Assembly (NCBI RefSeq): GCF_003018255.1
Contig: NZ_CP027440.1
Origin: Escherichia coli
GTDB lineage: Bacteria; Pseudomonadota; Gammaproteobacteria; Enterobacterales; Enterobacteriaceae
Strand: one strand, 5' to 3'
DNA length: 64,000 nt
Every line of letters begins with the position of its first letter. Position 1 is the stretch's first letter. Positions 15,471 to 27,848 of the stretch are shown here, piece by piece. Both the position numbers and the translations under genes were made by a program. Under the pieces are notes generated by a model. It did no database searches and had not been told where the DNA came from. It was given only the letters and a program-made list of their open reading frames with translations.

Positions 15471-18400
15471 ATGACTATGTTCCAGTATTACAAACGATCA
15501 CGGCATTTTGTTTTTTCAGCATTTATTGCTTTTGTTTTTGTCTTGTTATGCCAGAACACGGCGTTTGCGCGGGCGTCATCGAATGGTGATCTGCCGACAA
15601 AAGCGGACCTGCAGGCACAACTTGACTCACTGAATAAACAAAAAGATCTTTCTGCTCAGGACAAACTGGTGCAGCAGGATCTGACAGATACATTAGCTAC
15701 CCTCGATAAAATCGATCGCGTAAAAGAAGAGACAGTTCAGCTACGGCAAAAGGTTGCTGAAGCGCCGGAAAAAATGCGCCAGGCGACCGCGGCGTTAACT
15801 GCACTTAGCGATGTCGATAATGACGAAGAAACGCGCAAAATTCTGAGTACGCTTTCGTTGCGCCAGCTGGAAACTCGCGTTGCCCAGGCGCTGGACGATT
15901 TGCAAAACGCACAAAACGATCTGGCGTCTTATAACAGCCAGCTGGTTTCGTTACAGACGCAGCCCGAACGCGTGCAAAATGCGATGTATAACGCTTCGCA
16001 GCAGCTGCAACAAATTCGCAGTCGTCTGGATGGGACTGATGTCGGCGAGACTGCCTTACGTCCCAGCCAGAAAGTGTTAATGCAGGCTCAGCAGGCGTTG
16101 CTGAATGCCGAGATTGACCAGCAGCGTAAAAGCCTGGAAGGGAACACAGTCTTACAGGATACCTTGCAAAAGCAACGGGATTACGTGACGGCGAACAGCG
16201 CCCGTCTGGAGCACCAGTTGCAGCTGTTGCAAGAAGCAGTAAACAGCAAGCGTCTGACTTTAACCGAAAAAACGGCGCAGGAAGCCGTCTCCCCGGATGA
16301 AGCCGCGCGTATTCAGGCTAATCCGCTGGTGAAGCAGGAACTGGAAATTAACCAGCAGTTAAGTCAGCGTCTGATTACCGCGACTGAAAACGGTAATCAG
16401 TTGATGCAGCAAAACATTAAAGTCAAAAACTGGCTGGAGCGGGCGCTGCAATCGGAACGCAATATTAAAGAGCAGATTGCCGTCCTGAAGGGCAGCTTGC
16501 TGTTGTCTCGTATCCTTTACCAGCAACAACAAACGCTGCCCTCGGCGGATGAACTGGAAAACATGACCAACCGCATCGCGGATTTGCGTCTCGAACAGTT
16601 TGAAGTTAACCAGCAGCGTGATGCACTCTTCCAGAGCGATGCGTTCGTCAACAAACTGGAAGAAGGTCACACCAACGAAGTCAACAGCGAAGTTCACGAT
16701 GCATTATTGCAAGTGGTTGATATGCGTCGCGAATTGCTGGATCAGCTTAACAAACAGTTGGGTAACCAATTGATGATGGCCATTAACCTGCAAATCAACC
16801 AGCAGCAGTTAATGAGTGTGTCGAAAAACCTGAAATCCATCCTGACTCAGCAAATCTTTTGGGTGAACAGTAACCGTCCAATGGACTGGGACTGGATCAA
16901 AGCGTTCCCGCAAAGCCTGAAAGATGAATTTAAGTCGATGAAAATCACGGTGAACTGGGAAAAAGCCTGGCCTGCCGTTTTTATCGCTTTCCTCGCCGGT
17001 TTGCCGCTGCTGTTGATTGCCGGGCTGATCCACTGGCGTCTGGGCTGGCTGAAAGCGTATCAACAAAAACTGGCTTCCGCTGTGGGTTCCCTGCGTAACG
17101 ACAGCCAGCTCAACACACCAAAAGCGATCCTTATCGACCTGATCCGTGCGCTGCCGGTGTGCCTGATTATTCTCGCGGTTGGCCTGATTCTGTTGACCAT
17201 GCAGCTCAACATCAGCGAACTGCTATGGTCGTTCAGTAAAAAACTGGCGATTTTCTGGCTGGTGTTTGGCCTGTGCTGGAAGGTACTGGAGAAAAACGGC
17301 GTTGCCGTGCGTCACTTTGGTATGCCGGAACAGCAGACCAGCCACTGGCGTCGGCAAATTGTCCGCATCAGTCTCGCGTTGCTGCCTATCCATTTCTGGT
17401 CTGTGGTGGCAGAACTTTCCCCGCTGCATCTGATGGATGATGTGCTGGGGCAGGCGATGATTTTCTTCAACTTGCTGCTGATTGCCTTCCTGGTGTGGCC
17501 GATGTGCCGCGAAAGCTGGCGTGATAAAGAGTCGCACACCATGCGACTGGTCACCATTACCGTACTGTCGATTATCCCGATTGCGTTGATGGTGCTGACT
17601 GCCACGGGTTATTTCTACACCACGCTGCGCCTCTCCGGGCGTTGGATTGAAACCGTTTATTTGGTGATCATCTGGAACCTGCTGTACCAGACGGTATTGC
17701 GCGGCTTAAGCGTAGCGGCGCGGCGTATCGCCTGGCGTCGTGCGCTGGCGCGTCGGCAGAATCTGGTGAAAGAGGGCGCAGAAGGTGCTGAACCGCCGGA
17801 AGAACCCACCATTGCACTGGAGCAGGTTAACCAGCAGACGCTGCGTATTACCATGTTGCTGATGTTTGCGCTGTTCGGTGTCATGTTCTGGGCAATTTGG
17901 TCCGATTTGATCACCGTGTTCAGCTATCTGGACAGCATCACGCTCTGGCATTACAACGGCACTGAAGCTGGCGCTGCGGTGGTGAAAAACGTCACCATGG
18001 GCAGTCTGTTGTTTGCGATTATCGCCTCAATGGTGGCCTGGGCGTTGATTCGCAACCTGCCTGGTTTACTGGAAGTGCTGGTGCTCTCGCGACTGAATAT
18101 GCGCCAGGGCGCGTCGTATGCCATTACTACCATCCTTAACTACATCATTATTGCCGTTGGTGCGATGACGGTGTTCGGATCGCTGGGCGTCTCGTGGGAT
18201 AAACTCCAGTGGCTGGCGGCAGCATTATCCGTAGGTCTTGGTTTTGGTTTACAAGAGATCTTCGGTAACTTCGTTTCCGGTTTGATCATTCTGTTCGAAC
18301 GTCCGGTGCGCATAGGCGACACGGTAACCATTGGTAGCTTCTCGGGTACGGTCAGCAAGATCCGTATTCGTGCGACAACGATTACCGATTTCGATCGCAA

Positions 18401-18833
18401 AGAAGTGATTATCCCGAACAAAGCGTTTGTTACCGAGCGTCTGATCAACTGGTCGTTGACTGACACGACTACGCGTCTGGTGATCCGTCTCGGCGTAGCT
18501 TATGGCTCCGATCTGGAAAAAGTGCGTAAAGTGTTGCTGAAGGCGGCGACTGAGCACCCAAGGGTGATGCACGAACCAATGCCGGAAGTCTTCTTTACGG
18601 CATTTGGTGCCAGCACGTTGGATCATGAGCTGCGTCTGTATGTGCGTGAACTGCGTGACCGTAGCCGTACTGTCGATGAGCTGAACCGTACTATCGATCA
18701 GCTGTGCCGTGAAAACGACATCAACATTGCCTTTAACCAGCTTGAAGTGCATCTGCACAACGAGAAGGGCGATGAGGTGACGGAAGTCAAACGCGACTAC
18801 AAAGGCGACGATCCGACGCCAGCGGTAGGGTAA
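15471..18833 (+). CDS. mscK: Potassium-dependent mechanosensitive channel MscK
   Basis: 1120-aa ORF: signal peptide, long Q-rich coiled-coil periplasmic region, multiple TMs, C-terminal MscS domain. Confidence 0.95.
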   Translation: MTMFQYYKRSRHFVFSAFIAFVFVLLCQNTAFARASSNGDLPTKADLQAQLDSLNKQKDLSAQDKLVQQDLTDTLATLDKIDRVKEETVQLRQKVAEAPEKMRQATAALTALSDVDNDEETRKILSTLSLRQLETRVAQALDDLQNAQNDLASYNSQLVSLQTQPERVQNAMYNASQQLQQIRSRLDGTDVGETALRPSQKVLMQAQQALLNAEIDQQRKSLEGNTVLQDTLQKQRDYVTANSARLEHQLQLLQEAVNSKRLTLTEKTAQEAVSPDEAARIQANPLVKQELEINQQLSQRLITATENGNQLMQQNIKVKNWLERALQSERNIKEQIAVLKGSLLLSRILYQQQQTLPSADELENMTNRIADLRLEQFEVNQQRDALFQSDAFVNKLEEGHTNEVNSEVHDALLQVVDMRRELLDQLNKQLGNQLMMAINLQINQQQLMSVSKNLKSILTQQIFWVNSNRPMDWDWIKAFPQSLKDEFKSMKITVNWEKAWPAVFIAFLAGLPLLLIAGLIHWRLGWLKAYQQKLASAVGSLRNDSQLNTPKAILIDLIRALPVCLIILAVGLILLTMQLNISELLWSFSKKLAIFWLVFGLCWKVLEKNGVAVRHFGMPEQQTSHWRRQIVRISLALLPIHFWSVVAELSPLHLMDDVLGQAMIFFNLLLIAFLVWPMCRESWRDKESHTMRLVTITVLSIIPIALMVLTATGYFYTTLRLSGRWIETVYLVIIWNLLYQTVLRGLSVAARRIAWRRALARRQNLVKEGAEGAEPPEEPTIALEQVNQQTLRITMLLMFALFGVMFWAIWSDLITVFSYLDSITLWHYNGTEAGAAVVKNVTMGSLLFAIIASMVAWALIRNLPGLLEVLVLSRLNMRQGASYAITTILNYIIIAVGAMTVFGSLGVSWDKLQWLAAALSVGLGFGLQEIFGNFVSGLIILFERPVRIGDTVTIGSFSGTVSKIRIRATTITDFDRKEVIIPNKAFVTERLINWSLTDTTTRLVIRLGVAYGSDLEKVRKVLLKAATEHPRVMHEPMPEVFFTAFGASTLDHELRLYVRELRDRSRTVDELNRTIDQLCRENDINIAFNQLEVHLHNEKGDEVTEVKRDYKGDDPTPAVG

Positions 18834-18893
18834 TAACCAAAGGGGGCGACATTTAGTTGCCCCGAGATTACTAACAAAGTGCGCGTTGTTCAT

Positions 18894-18991
18894 GCCGGAT
18901 GCGGCGTGACCGCCTTATCCGGCCTACGAAACCGCAAGAATTCAATATATTGCAGGAGCGGTGTAGGCCTGATAAGCGTAGCGCATCAGGC
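18894..18991. repeat. BIME: two inverted REP units
   Basis: GCCGGATGCGGCGTGACCGCCTTATCCGGCCTAC (18894-18927) and GTAGGCCTGATAAGCGTAGCGCATCAGGC (18963-18991). Confidence 0.9.
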
Positions 18992-19044
18992 AGTTTTGCG
19001 TTTGCCCACAATCTTAGGGGACATTTAGCGACCCCATTTATTTC

Positions 19045-19206
19045 TCACTTTTCCGCCTCATCATCGCGCGTTAATTTCTTTTCATAATCGCGTTTTACAA
19101 TATCCAGCGCGCGCAGTACGGTGCGGGCTGGGATCTGATTTTCTTCCAGCAGCACAATCAAATCGACGGCCAGTTTGACATCGTCAGGGGCATTTTCCAG
19201 TGACAT
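19045..19206 (-). CDS. ybaM: Small protein YbaM (DUF2496)
   Basis: 53-aa ORF below the track cutoff, hand-translated: [53 protein letters not shown]; lies just downstream of priC. Confidence 0.85.
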   Translation of the reverse strand: MSLENAPDDVKLAVDLIVLLEENQIPARTVLRALDIVKRDYEKKLTRDDEAEK

Positions 19207-19219
19207 ACTCTCTCCATTG

Positions 19220-19747
19220 CTAGCGGGTTAAACGCGCTAACCTGTTTTCGATTTTTTCCAGCGCATGGCGGCAGCGTGCCAGGCGCGCTTCATAGGCTTC
19301 CACTTCACGATGCAGCGTTTGCTGTTCCACGAGATCGGTCACCCGCGCCAGGCGGGCTCGACGTTCAGCAACCATCTCACTTAGCCGCCGCTCAAAATCC
19401 TGATGCTGAATACGTTTACGCTGCCAGCGGGCAATTTTCGGTGGCGCACTGTCCCACTCGCGTAGCGACCAGGCTGTGGCTTCACGCGCTATAGCCTCCA
19501 GTTGCGCCGCCAGATGTTCCGCCAGCCAGGCGACTTGCGGCAGCTGTTGCTGCTCAACCGCATGACGAAGCGCAGCCAGATTATCGCCCGCCTCATCGAG
19601 ACAAGCCTGCAGTGTTGTCGCACGAGTCTGAAAAAGATGCCTGTCAAAACGGGCGCTTAGCGTGGCAAATTGCGCTACCGGGGCACAACGCTGACGCAGC
19701 GTAGCGAGCTGTCCTTCCAGTTTTTCCAGCAGCAGGGCGGTTTTCAC
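19220..19747 (-). CDS. priC: Primosomal replication protein N'' PriC
   Basis: 175-aa Arg/Gln-rich helical ORF, recognised priC. Confidence 0.92.
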   Translation of the reverse strand: MKTALLLEKLEGQLATLRQRCAPVAQFATLSARFDRHLFQTRATTLQACLDEAGDNLAALRHAVEQQQLPQVAWLAEHLAAQLEAIAREATAWSLREWDSAPPKIARWQRKRIQHQDFERRLSEMVAERRARLARVTDLVEQQTLHREVEAYEARLARCRHALEKIENRLARLTR

Positions 19748-19816
19748 GATAAGACCTCAATGAAAATGATAATTGTTATGCTAAAGTAGCAACTCTGTAA
19801 GCTGACAACACTCAAT

Positions 19817-20194
19817 ATGCAACGAATCATTTTAATCATCATTGGCTGGCTGGCGGTAGTGCTGGGTACGCTGGGCGTGGTATTACCGGTATTACCGACG
19901 ACGCCGTTTATCCTGCTGGCGGCCTGGTGCTTTGCCCGTTCTTCCCCGCGCTTTCACGCCTGGTTGCTGTACCGCTCATGGTTTGGCAGCTATCTACGTT
20001 TCTGGCAGAAACATCATGCGATGCCGCGCGGCGTCAAACCGCGGGCGATTTTGCTTATTTTGCTCACGTTTGCCATTTCTCTGTGGTTCGTCCAGATGCC
20101 ATGGGTGCGCATCATGTTGCTGGTAATTCTCGCCTGTTTGCTTTTTTATATGTGGCGAATTCCAGTGATTGATGAAAAGCAAGAAAAGCACTGA
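19817..20194 (+). CDS. ybaN: Inner membrane protein YbaN (DUF454)
   Basis: 125-aa ORF with four hydrophobic segments. Confidence 0.9.
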
Positions 20195-20346
20195 AGCACA
20201 ACAATCGCAGTTGCAATTATTGCGTACAGCCAGTACATTCTGGCGTTTTCGAGCACAGGCGCAGGCGGTCAAAGGTTAAACAACTGTTACTTTTGATACG
20301 TTTAAAACGCGCCGTGAGTACCACCGTAACAAGCAGGCATACACTT

Positions 20347-20898
20347 ATGACCGCGACTGCACAGCAGCTTGAGTATCTCAAAAATAGCATCAAAAGCATT
20401 CAGGACTACCCAAAACCCGGCATTCTTTTCCGCGATGTCACCAGCTTACTGGAAGACCCGAAAGCTTACGCTCTCAGCATCGACTTGCTGGTTGAGCGTT
20501 ACAAAAATGCGGGCATTACCAAAGTGGTCGGCACCGAAGCGCGTGGCTTCTTGTTTGGCGCTCCGGTAGCTCTGGGTCTGGGCGTTGGCTTTGTACCGGT
20601 CCGTAAACCGGGCAAACTGCCGCGTGAAACCATCAGTGAAACTTACGACCTGGAATACGGCACCGATCAGCTGGAAATCCACGTTGATGCCATCAAACCG
20701 GGCGACAAAGTTCTGGTGGTGGACGATTTGCTGGCAACCGGCGGCACTATCGAAGCGACCGTTAAACTGATCCGTCGTCTGGGTGGTGAAGTAGCTGACG
20801 CTGCGTTCATTATCAACCTGTTCGATCTTGGCGGCGAACAGCGTCTCGAAAAACAGGGCATTACCAGCTACAGCCTTGTCCCGTTCCCGGGCCATTAA
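20347..20898 (+). CDS. apt: Adenine phosphoribosyltransferase
   Basis: 183 aa from ATG 20347 ([25 protein letters not shown]); PRPP-binding motif [13 protein letters not shown]. Confidence 0.96.
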
Positions 20899-21026
20899 TT
20901 ATCGTCAGTCTTGCGCTGCTCACGCTACGGGCAGCACAAGATGTGCATTCAGCCTCGCCGTTCTGACGGGGCTGTGTTAGCATTACCCCTTCGTGAATCC
21001 ACCTTCCAGCGTTTCAGAGCCTGCCA

Positions 21027-22958
21027 ATGAGTTATCAGGTCTTAGCCCGAAAATGGCGCCCACAAACCTTTGCTGACGTCGTCGGCCAGGAACATGTGCT
21101 GACCGCACTGGCGAACGGCTTGTCGTTAGGGCGTATTCATCATGCTTATCTTTTTTCCGGCACCCGTGGCGTCGGAAAAACCTCTATCGCCCGACTGCTG
21201 GCGAAGGGGCTAAACTGCGAAACCGGCATTACCGCGACGCCGTGCGGCGTGTGCGATAACTGTCGTGAAATCGAGCAGGGGCGCTTTGTCGATCTGATTG
21301 AAATCGACGCCGCCTCGCGCACTAAAGTTGAAGACACTCGCGACCTGCTGGATAACGTCCAGTACGCTCCGGCGCGTGGTCGTTTCAAAGTTTATCTCAT
21401 CGACGAAGTGCATATGCTGTCGCGTCACAGCTTTAACGCACTGTTAAAAACCCTTGAAGAGCCGCCAGAGCACGTTAAGTTTTTGCTGGCGACGACCGAT
21501 CCGCAGAAATTGCCGGTGACGATTTTGTCACGCTGTCTGCAATTTCATCTCAAGGCGCTGGATGTCGAGCAAATTCGCCATCAGCTTGAGCACATCCTCA
21601 ACGAAGAACATATCGCTCACGAGCCGCGGGCGCTGCAATTGTTGGCACGCGCCGCTGAAGGCAGCCTGCGAGATGCCTTAAGTCTGACCGACCAGGCGAT
21701 TGCCAGCGGTGACGGCCAGGTTTCAACCCAGGCGGTCAGTGCGATGCTGGGTACGCTTGACGACGATCAGGCGTTATCGCTGGTTGAAGCGATGGTCGAG
21801 GCCAACGGCGAGCGCGTAATGGCGCTGATTAATGAAGCTGCTGCCCGTGGTATCGAGTGGGAAGCGTTGCTGGTGGAAATGCTCGGTCTGTTGCATCGTA
21901 TTGCGATGGTACAACTTTCGCCTGCTGCTCTTGGCAACGACATGGCCGCCATTGAGCTGCGGATGCGTGAACTGGCGCGCACCATACCGCCGACGGATAT
22001 TCAGCTTTACTATCAGACGCTGTTGATTGGTCGCAAAGAATTACCGTATGCGCCAGACCGCCGTATGGGTGTTGAGATGACGCTGCTGCGCGCGCTGGCG
22101 TTCCATCCGCGTATGCCGCTGCCTGAGCCAGAAGTGCCACGCCAGTCCTTTGCGCCCGTCGCGCCAACGGCAGTAATGACGCCAACACAGGTGCCGCCGC
22201 AACCGCAATCAGCGCCGCAGCAGGCACCGACTGTACCGCTCCCGGAAACCACCAGCCAGGTGCTGGCGGCGCGCCAGCAGTTGCAGCGCGTGCAGGGAGC
22301 AACCAAAGCAAAAAAGAGTGAACCGGCAGCCGCTACCCGCGCGCGGCCGGTGAATAACGCTGCGCTGGAAAGACTGGCTTCGGTCACCGATCGTGTTCAG
22401 GCGCGCCCGGTGCCATCGGCGCTGGAAAAAGCGCCAGCTAAAAAAGAAGCGTATCGCTGGAAGGCGACCACTCCAGTGATGCAGCAAAAAGAAGTGGTCG
22501 CCACGCCGAAGGCGCTGAAAAAAGCGCTGGAACATGAAAAAACGCCGGAACTGGCGGCGAAGCTGGCGGCAGAAGCCATTGAGCGCGACCCGTGGGCGGC
22601 TCAGGTGAGTCAACTTTCGCTACCAAAACTGGTCGAACAGGTGGCGTTAAATGCCTGGAAAGAGGAGAACGGCAACACGGTGTGTCTGCATTTGCGCTCC
22701 TCTCAGCGTCATCTGAATAACAGTGGCGCACAGCAAAAACTGGCTGAAGCGTTGAGCACGTTAAAAGGTTCAACGGTTGAACTGACTATCGTTGAAGATG
22801 ATAATCCCGCGGTGCGTACGCCGCTGGAATGGCGTCAGGCGATATACGAAGAAAAACTTGCGCAGGCGCGCGAGTCCATTATTGCGGATAATAATATTCA
22901 GACCCTGCGTCGGTTCTTCGATGCGGAGCTGGATGAAGAAAGTATCCGCCCCATTTGA
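21027..22958 (+). CDS. dnaX: DNA polymerase III tau subunit (gamma made by -1 frameshift)
   Basis: 643-aa ORF, AAA+ P-loop GTRGVGKT, Zn module CGVCDNC, recognised dnaX. Confidence 0.97.
   Translation: MSYQVLARKWRPQTFADVVGQEHVLTALANGLSLGRIHHAYLFSGTRGVGKTSIARLLAKGLNCETGITATPCGVCDNCREIEQGRFVDLIEIDAASRTKVEDTRDLLDNVQYAPARGRFKVYLIDEVHMLSRHSFNALLKTLEEPPEHVKFLLATTDPQKLPVTILSRCLQFHLKALDVEQIRHQLEHILNEEHIAHEPRALQLLARAAEGSLRDALSLTDQAIASGDGQVSTQAVSAMLGTLDDDQALSLVEAMVEANGERVMALINEAAARGIEWEALLVEMLGLLHRIAMVQLSPAALGNDMAAIELRMRELARTIPPTDIQLYYQTLLIGRKELPYAPDRRMGVEMTLLRALAFHPRMPLPEPEVPRQSFAPVAPTAVMTPTQVPPQPQSAPQQAPTVPLPETTSQVLAARQQLQRVQGATKAKKSEPAAATRARPVNNAALERLASVTDRVQARPVPSALEKAPAKKEAYRWKATTPVMQQKEVVATPKALKKALEHEKTPELAAKLAAEAIERDPWAAQVSQLSLPKLVEQVALNAWKEENGNTVCLHLRSSQRHLNNSGAQQKLAEALSTLKGSTVELTIVEDDNPAVRTPLEWRQAIYEEKLAQARESIIADNNIQTLRRFFDAELDEESIRPI
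22295..22351 (+). promoter_or_regulatory. dnaX programmed -1 ribosomal frameshift cassette
   Basis: SD-like AGGGAG (22295-22300), slippery A AAA AAG (22311-22317), -1 frame stop TGA at 22320-22322, downstream GC-rich stem CCGGC...GCCGG (22324-22351). Confidence 0.9.
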
Positions 22959-22995
22959 TCGTAAGCACAGCTTACGTTCGTCATCCTTAACGTGA

Positions 22996-23339
<344 letters not shown>

Positions 23340-23340
<1 letters not shown>

Positions 23341-23945
23341 TGCAAACCAGCCCGCTGTTAACACAGCTTATGGAAGCACTGCGCTGTCTGCCGGGCGTTG
23401 GCCCGAAGTCGGCGCAGCGTATGGCGTTCACGCTGCTTCAGCGCGATCGTAGCGGCGGGATGCGTCTGGCGCAGGCGCTCACCCGGGCGATGTCGGAAAT
23501 CGGCCACTGCGCCGATTGCCGCACCTTCACCGAACAGGAAGTCTGTAACATCTGTTCGAATCCGCGTCGTCAGGAAAACGGTCAAATCTGCGTGGTGGAG
23601 AGTCCGGCGGACATCTACGCCATTGAGCAGACGGGGCAGTTTTCAGGCCGTTATTTTGTGTTGATGGGACACCTGTCACCGCTGGACGGCATCGGTCCGG
23701 ATGATATCGGGCTTGATCGTCTGGAACAGCGTCTGGCAGAGGAAAAAATCACTGAAGTGATCCTCGCCACCAACCCCACGGTTGAAGGTGAAGCTACCGC
23801 TAACTACATTGCCGAGCTTTGCGCGCAATATGACGTGGAAGCCAGCCGAATCGCTCATGGCGTACCGGTTGGCGGCGAACTGGAAATGGTCGATGGCACC
23901 ACGCTGTCACACTCCCTTGCCGGGCGTCATAAGATTCGTTTTTAA
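23340..23945 (+). CDS. recR: Recombination protein RecR
   Basis: 201 aa; ATG overlaps ybaB TGA by 1 nt; C4 zinc finger [16 protein letters not shown], Toprim domain. Confidence 0.96.
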
Positions 23946-23974
23946 GCAAACGAGAGCAGGATCACCTGCTCTCG

Positions 23975-24003
23975 CTTGAAATTATTCCCCCTTGTCCCCA
24001 TCT
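23975..24003 (+). promoter_or_regulatory. Sigma-32 heat-shock promoter of htpG
   Basis: CTTGAAA (23975-23981), 14-bp spacer, CCCCATCT (23996-24003). Confidence 0.8.
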
Positions 24004-24054
24004 CTCCCTCATCCTGTTTTTAACCTTAAAATGGCATTATTGAGGTAGACCTAC

Positions 24055-25929
24055 ATGAAAGGACAAGAAACTCGTGGTTTTCAGTCAGAAGTGAAGCAGC
24101 TTCTGCACCTGATGATCCATTCTCTCTATTCCAATAAAGAAATCTTCCTGCGTGAGCTTATCTCTAACGCCTCCGATGCGGCGGACAAGCTGCGTTTCCG
24201 CGCGCTCTCTAACCCGGATCTGTACGAAGGTGATGGCGAACTGCGCGTTCGTGTCTCTTTCGATAAAGACAAGCGCACGCTGACCATCTCCGATAACGGC
24301 GTGGGGATGACCCGCGACGAAGTGATTGACCATCTGGGGACTATCGCTAAATCCGGCACCAAATCATTCCTCGAATCCCTGGGTTCTGACCAGGCGAAAG
24401 ACAGCCAGCTGATCGGTCAGTTTGGTGTTGGTTTCTACTCTGCGTTTATCGTGGCCGACAAAGTGACCGTGCGTACTCGCGCGGCAGGCGAAAAACCAGA
24501 AAACGGTGTTTTCTGGGAATCGGCTGGTGAAGGTGAATACACCGTTGCCGACATCACCAAAGAAGATCGTGGTACTGAAATCACCCTGCATCTGCGTGAA
24601 GGCGAAGACGAGTTCCTCGATGACTGGCGCGTGCGTTCCATCATCAGCAAATACTCCGACCATATCGCGCTGCCGGTAGAGATCGAAAAACGCGAAGAGA
24701 AAGATGGCGAAACCGTTATCTCCTGGGAGAAAATCAACAAAGCGCAGGCGCTGTGGACCCGTAACAAGTCGGAAATCACCGATGAAGAGTACAAAGAGTT
24801 CTACAAACACATCGCCCACGACTTTAACGATCCGCTGACCTGGAGCCACAACCGTGTTGAAGGTAAGCAGGAGTACACCAGCCTGCTGTACATTCCGTCC
24901 CAGGCTCCGTGGGATATGTGGAACCGCGATCATAAACATGGCCTGAAACTGTACGTCCAGCGTGTGTTCATCATGGACGACGCAGAACAGTTCATGCCGA
25001 ACTATCTGCGCTTCGTGCGTGGTCTGATTGACTCCAGCGATCTGCCGCTGAACGTTTCCCGTGAAATCCTCCAGGACAGCACGGTAACGCGTAACCTGCG
25101 CAATGCGCTGACCAAGCGTGTGCTGCAAATGCTGGAAAAACTGGCGAAAGACGACGCGGAAAAATACCAGACCTTCTGGCAACAGTTTGGCCTGGTACTG
25201 AAAGAAGGTCCGGCGGAAGATTTCGCTAACCAGGAAGCGATCGCCAAACTGCTGCGTTTTGCTTCTACCCATACCGATTCTTCTGCGCAGACCGTGTCTC
25301 TGGAAGACTACGTTTCCCGCATGAAAGAAGGGCAGGAGAAAATCTACTATATCACCGCAGACAGTTACGCGGCAGCGAAGAGCAGCCCGCACCTGGAACT
25401 GCTGCGTAAGAAAGGCATCGAAGTTCTGCTGCTTTCCGACCGCATCGATGAGTGGATGATGAACTATCTGACTGAGTTCGACGGTAAACCGTTCCAGTCT
25501 GTGTCTAAAGTTGACGAGTCGCTGGAAAAACTGGCTGACGAAGTTGATGAGAGCGCGAAAGAAGCGGAGAAAGCACTGACTCCGTTCATCGACCGTGTGA
25601 AAGCCCTGCTCGGCGAGCGCGTGAAAGATGTCCGTCTGACTCACCGTCTGACCGATACGCCAGCGATCGTTTCGACCGACGCGGACGAAATGAGCACTCA
25701 GATGGCGAAACTGTTCGCTGCGGCGGGCCAGAAAGTGCCAGAAGTGAAATACATCTTCGAACTGAACCCGGATCACGTACTGGTGAAACGTGCGGCGGAT
25801 ACTGAAGATGAAGCGAAGTTCAGCGAGTGGGTAGAACTGCTGCTGGATCAGGCGCTGCTGGCAGAACGCGGTACGCTGGAAGATCCGAACCTGTTTATTC
25901 GTCGTATGAACCAGCTGCTGGTTTCCTGA
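24055..25929 (+). CDS. htpG: Hsp90-family chaperone HtpG
   Basis: 624-aa ORF, GHKL ATPase motifs ([15 protein letters not shown]). Confidence 0.98.
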   Translation: MKGQETRGFQSEVKQLLHLMIHSLYSNKEIFLRELISNASDAADKLRFRALSNPDLYEGDGELRVRVSFDKDKRTLTISDNGVGMTRDEVIDHLGTIAKSGTKSFLESLGSDQAKDSQLIGQFGVGFYSAFIVADKVTVRTRAAGEKPENGVFWESAGEGEYTVADITKEDRGTEITLHLREGEDEFLDDWRVRSIISKYSDHIALPVEIEKREEKDGETVISWEKINKAQALWTRNKSEITDEEYKEFYKHIAHDFNDPLTWSHNRVEGKQEYTSLLYIPSQAPWDMWNRDHKHGLKLYVQRVFIMDDAEQFMPNYLRFVRGLIDSSDLPLNVSREILQDSTVTRNLRNALTKRVLQMLEKLAKDDAEKYQTFWQQFGLVLKEGPAEDFANQEAIAKLLRFASTHTDSSAQTVSLEDYVSRMKEGQEKIYYITADSYAAAKSSPHLELLRKKGIEVLLLSDRIDEWMMNYLTEFDGKPFQSVSKVDESLEKLADEVDESAKEAEKALTPFIDRVKALLGERVKDVRLTHRLTDTPAIVSTDADEMSTQMAKLFAAAGQKVPEVKYIFELNPDHVLVKRAADTEDEAKFSEWVELLLDQALLAERGTLEDPNLFIRRMNQLLVS

Positions 25930-25933
25930 TGTC

Positions 25934-25970
25934 ATGCCGGATGACCTTCGTGTCATCCGGCATTTTTCTT
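25934..25970 (+). terminator. htpG rho-independent terminator
   Basis: 12-bp stem ATGCCGGATGAC/GTCATCCGGCAT, 6-nt loop, T-run. Confidence 0.85.
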
Positions 25971-26037
25971 TTCTTCATCTGCACTTTCCGCAAATTATCT
26001 TGCCATTAACCGTTTCAGCCTCAGGTGCCTTTCTTGA

Positions 26038-26754
<717 letters not shown>

Positions 26755-26885
26755 TCAAGCCGCAGCAGATCTGCTTTCGGGCAGGTCTGCTCATCCTCCT
26801 CAGGCAATACCTCTCACAGCAATTAGTTCTTCTTCTTCACTTTTCCGCTACAATTATCAACAAGTTGAATCGATAAGAGGCGGTA

Positions 26886-27848
26886 ATGCGTCAGACTAAA
26901 ACCGGTATCCTGCTGGCAAACCTGGGGACGCCCGATGCCCCCACACCTGAAGCGGTAAAACGCTATCTGAAACAATTTTTAAGCGACAGACGTGTGGTTG
27001 ATACCTCACGGTTGTTATGGTGGCCATTGCTACGCGGCGTGATTTTGCCGCTGCGCTCGCCGCGTGTGGCGAAGCTGTATGCCTCTGTCTGGATGGAAGG
27101 TGGCTCGCCGCTGATGGTTTACAGCCGCCAGCAACAGCAGGCGCTGGCACAACGTTTACCGGAGACGCCCGTAGCGCTGGGAATGAGCTACGGCTCGCCA
27201 TCACTGGAAAGCGCCGTAGATGAACTACTGGCAGAGCATGTAGATCATATTGTGGTGCTGCCGCTTTATCCGCAATTCTCCTGTTCAACGGTCGGTGCGG
27301 TATGGGATGAACTGGCACGCATTCTGGCGCGCAAACGTAGCATTCCGGGGATATCGTTTATACGTGATTACGCCGATAACCACGATTACATTAATGCACT
27401 GGCGAACAGCGTACGCGCTTCTTTTGCCAAACATGGCGAACCGGATCTGCTGCTGCTCTCTTATCATGGCATTCCCCAGCGTTATGCAGATGAAGGCGAT
27501 GATTACCCGCAACGTTGTCGCACAACGACTCGCGAACTGGCTTCCGCACTGGGGATGGCACCGGAAAAAGTGATGATGACCTTTCAGTCGCGCTTTGGGC
27601 GGGAACCCTGGCTGATGCCTTATACCGACGAAACGCTGAAAATGCTCGGAGAAAAAGGTGTAGGTCATATTCAGGTGATGTGCCCGGGCTTTGCTGCGGA
27701 TTGTCTGGAGACGCTGGAAGAGATTGCCGAGCAAAACCGTGAGGTCTTCCTCGGTGCGGGCGGGAAAAAATACGAATATATTCCGGCGCTTAATGCCACG
27801 CCGGAACATATTGAAATGATGGCTAATCTTGTTGCCGCGTATCGCTAA
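26886..27848 (+). CDS. hemH: Ferrochelatase
   Basis: 320-aa ORF recognised as HemH. Confidence 0.96.

Noticed and set aside
15600-16800. Gln/Leu-rich repetitive-looking N-terminal part of mscK, checked for DNA tandem repeats
   Set aside because: There is heptad-like amino-acid periodicity only, with no nucleotide-level tandem repeat. This is the known periplasmic coiled-coil region of MscK.
21767-22773. Cluster of overlapping ORFs on both strands in the middle of dnaX
   Set aside because: They fall in the Pro/Ala/Gln-rich tau linker, where low-complexity GC-rich codons leave alternative frames open. The only real recoding signal is the known -1 frameshift cassette at 22295-22351.
24364-25956. 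530-aa minus-strand ORF covering all of htpG
   Set aside because: It is the antisense shadow of a highly expressed, codon-biased gene. The product is Arg/Phe/Val-rich low-complexity sequence with no SD or recognisable domain, while htpG on the plus strand is unambiguous.
27845-27848. hemH and aes 3' ends overlap by 4 nt
   Set aside because: This is a trivial convergent stop-codon overlap with no additional structure.
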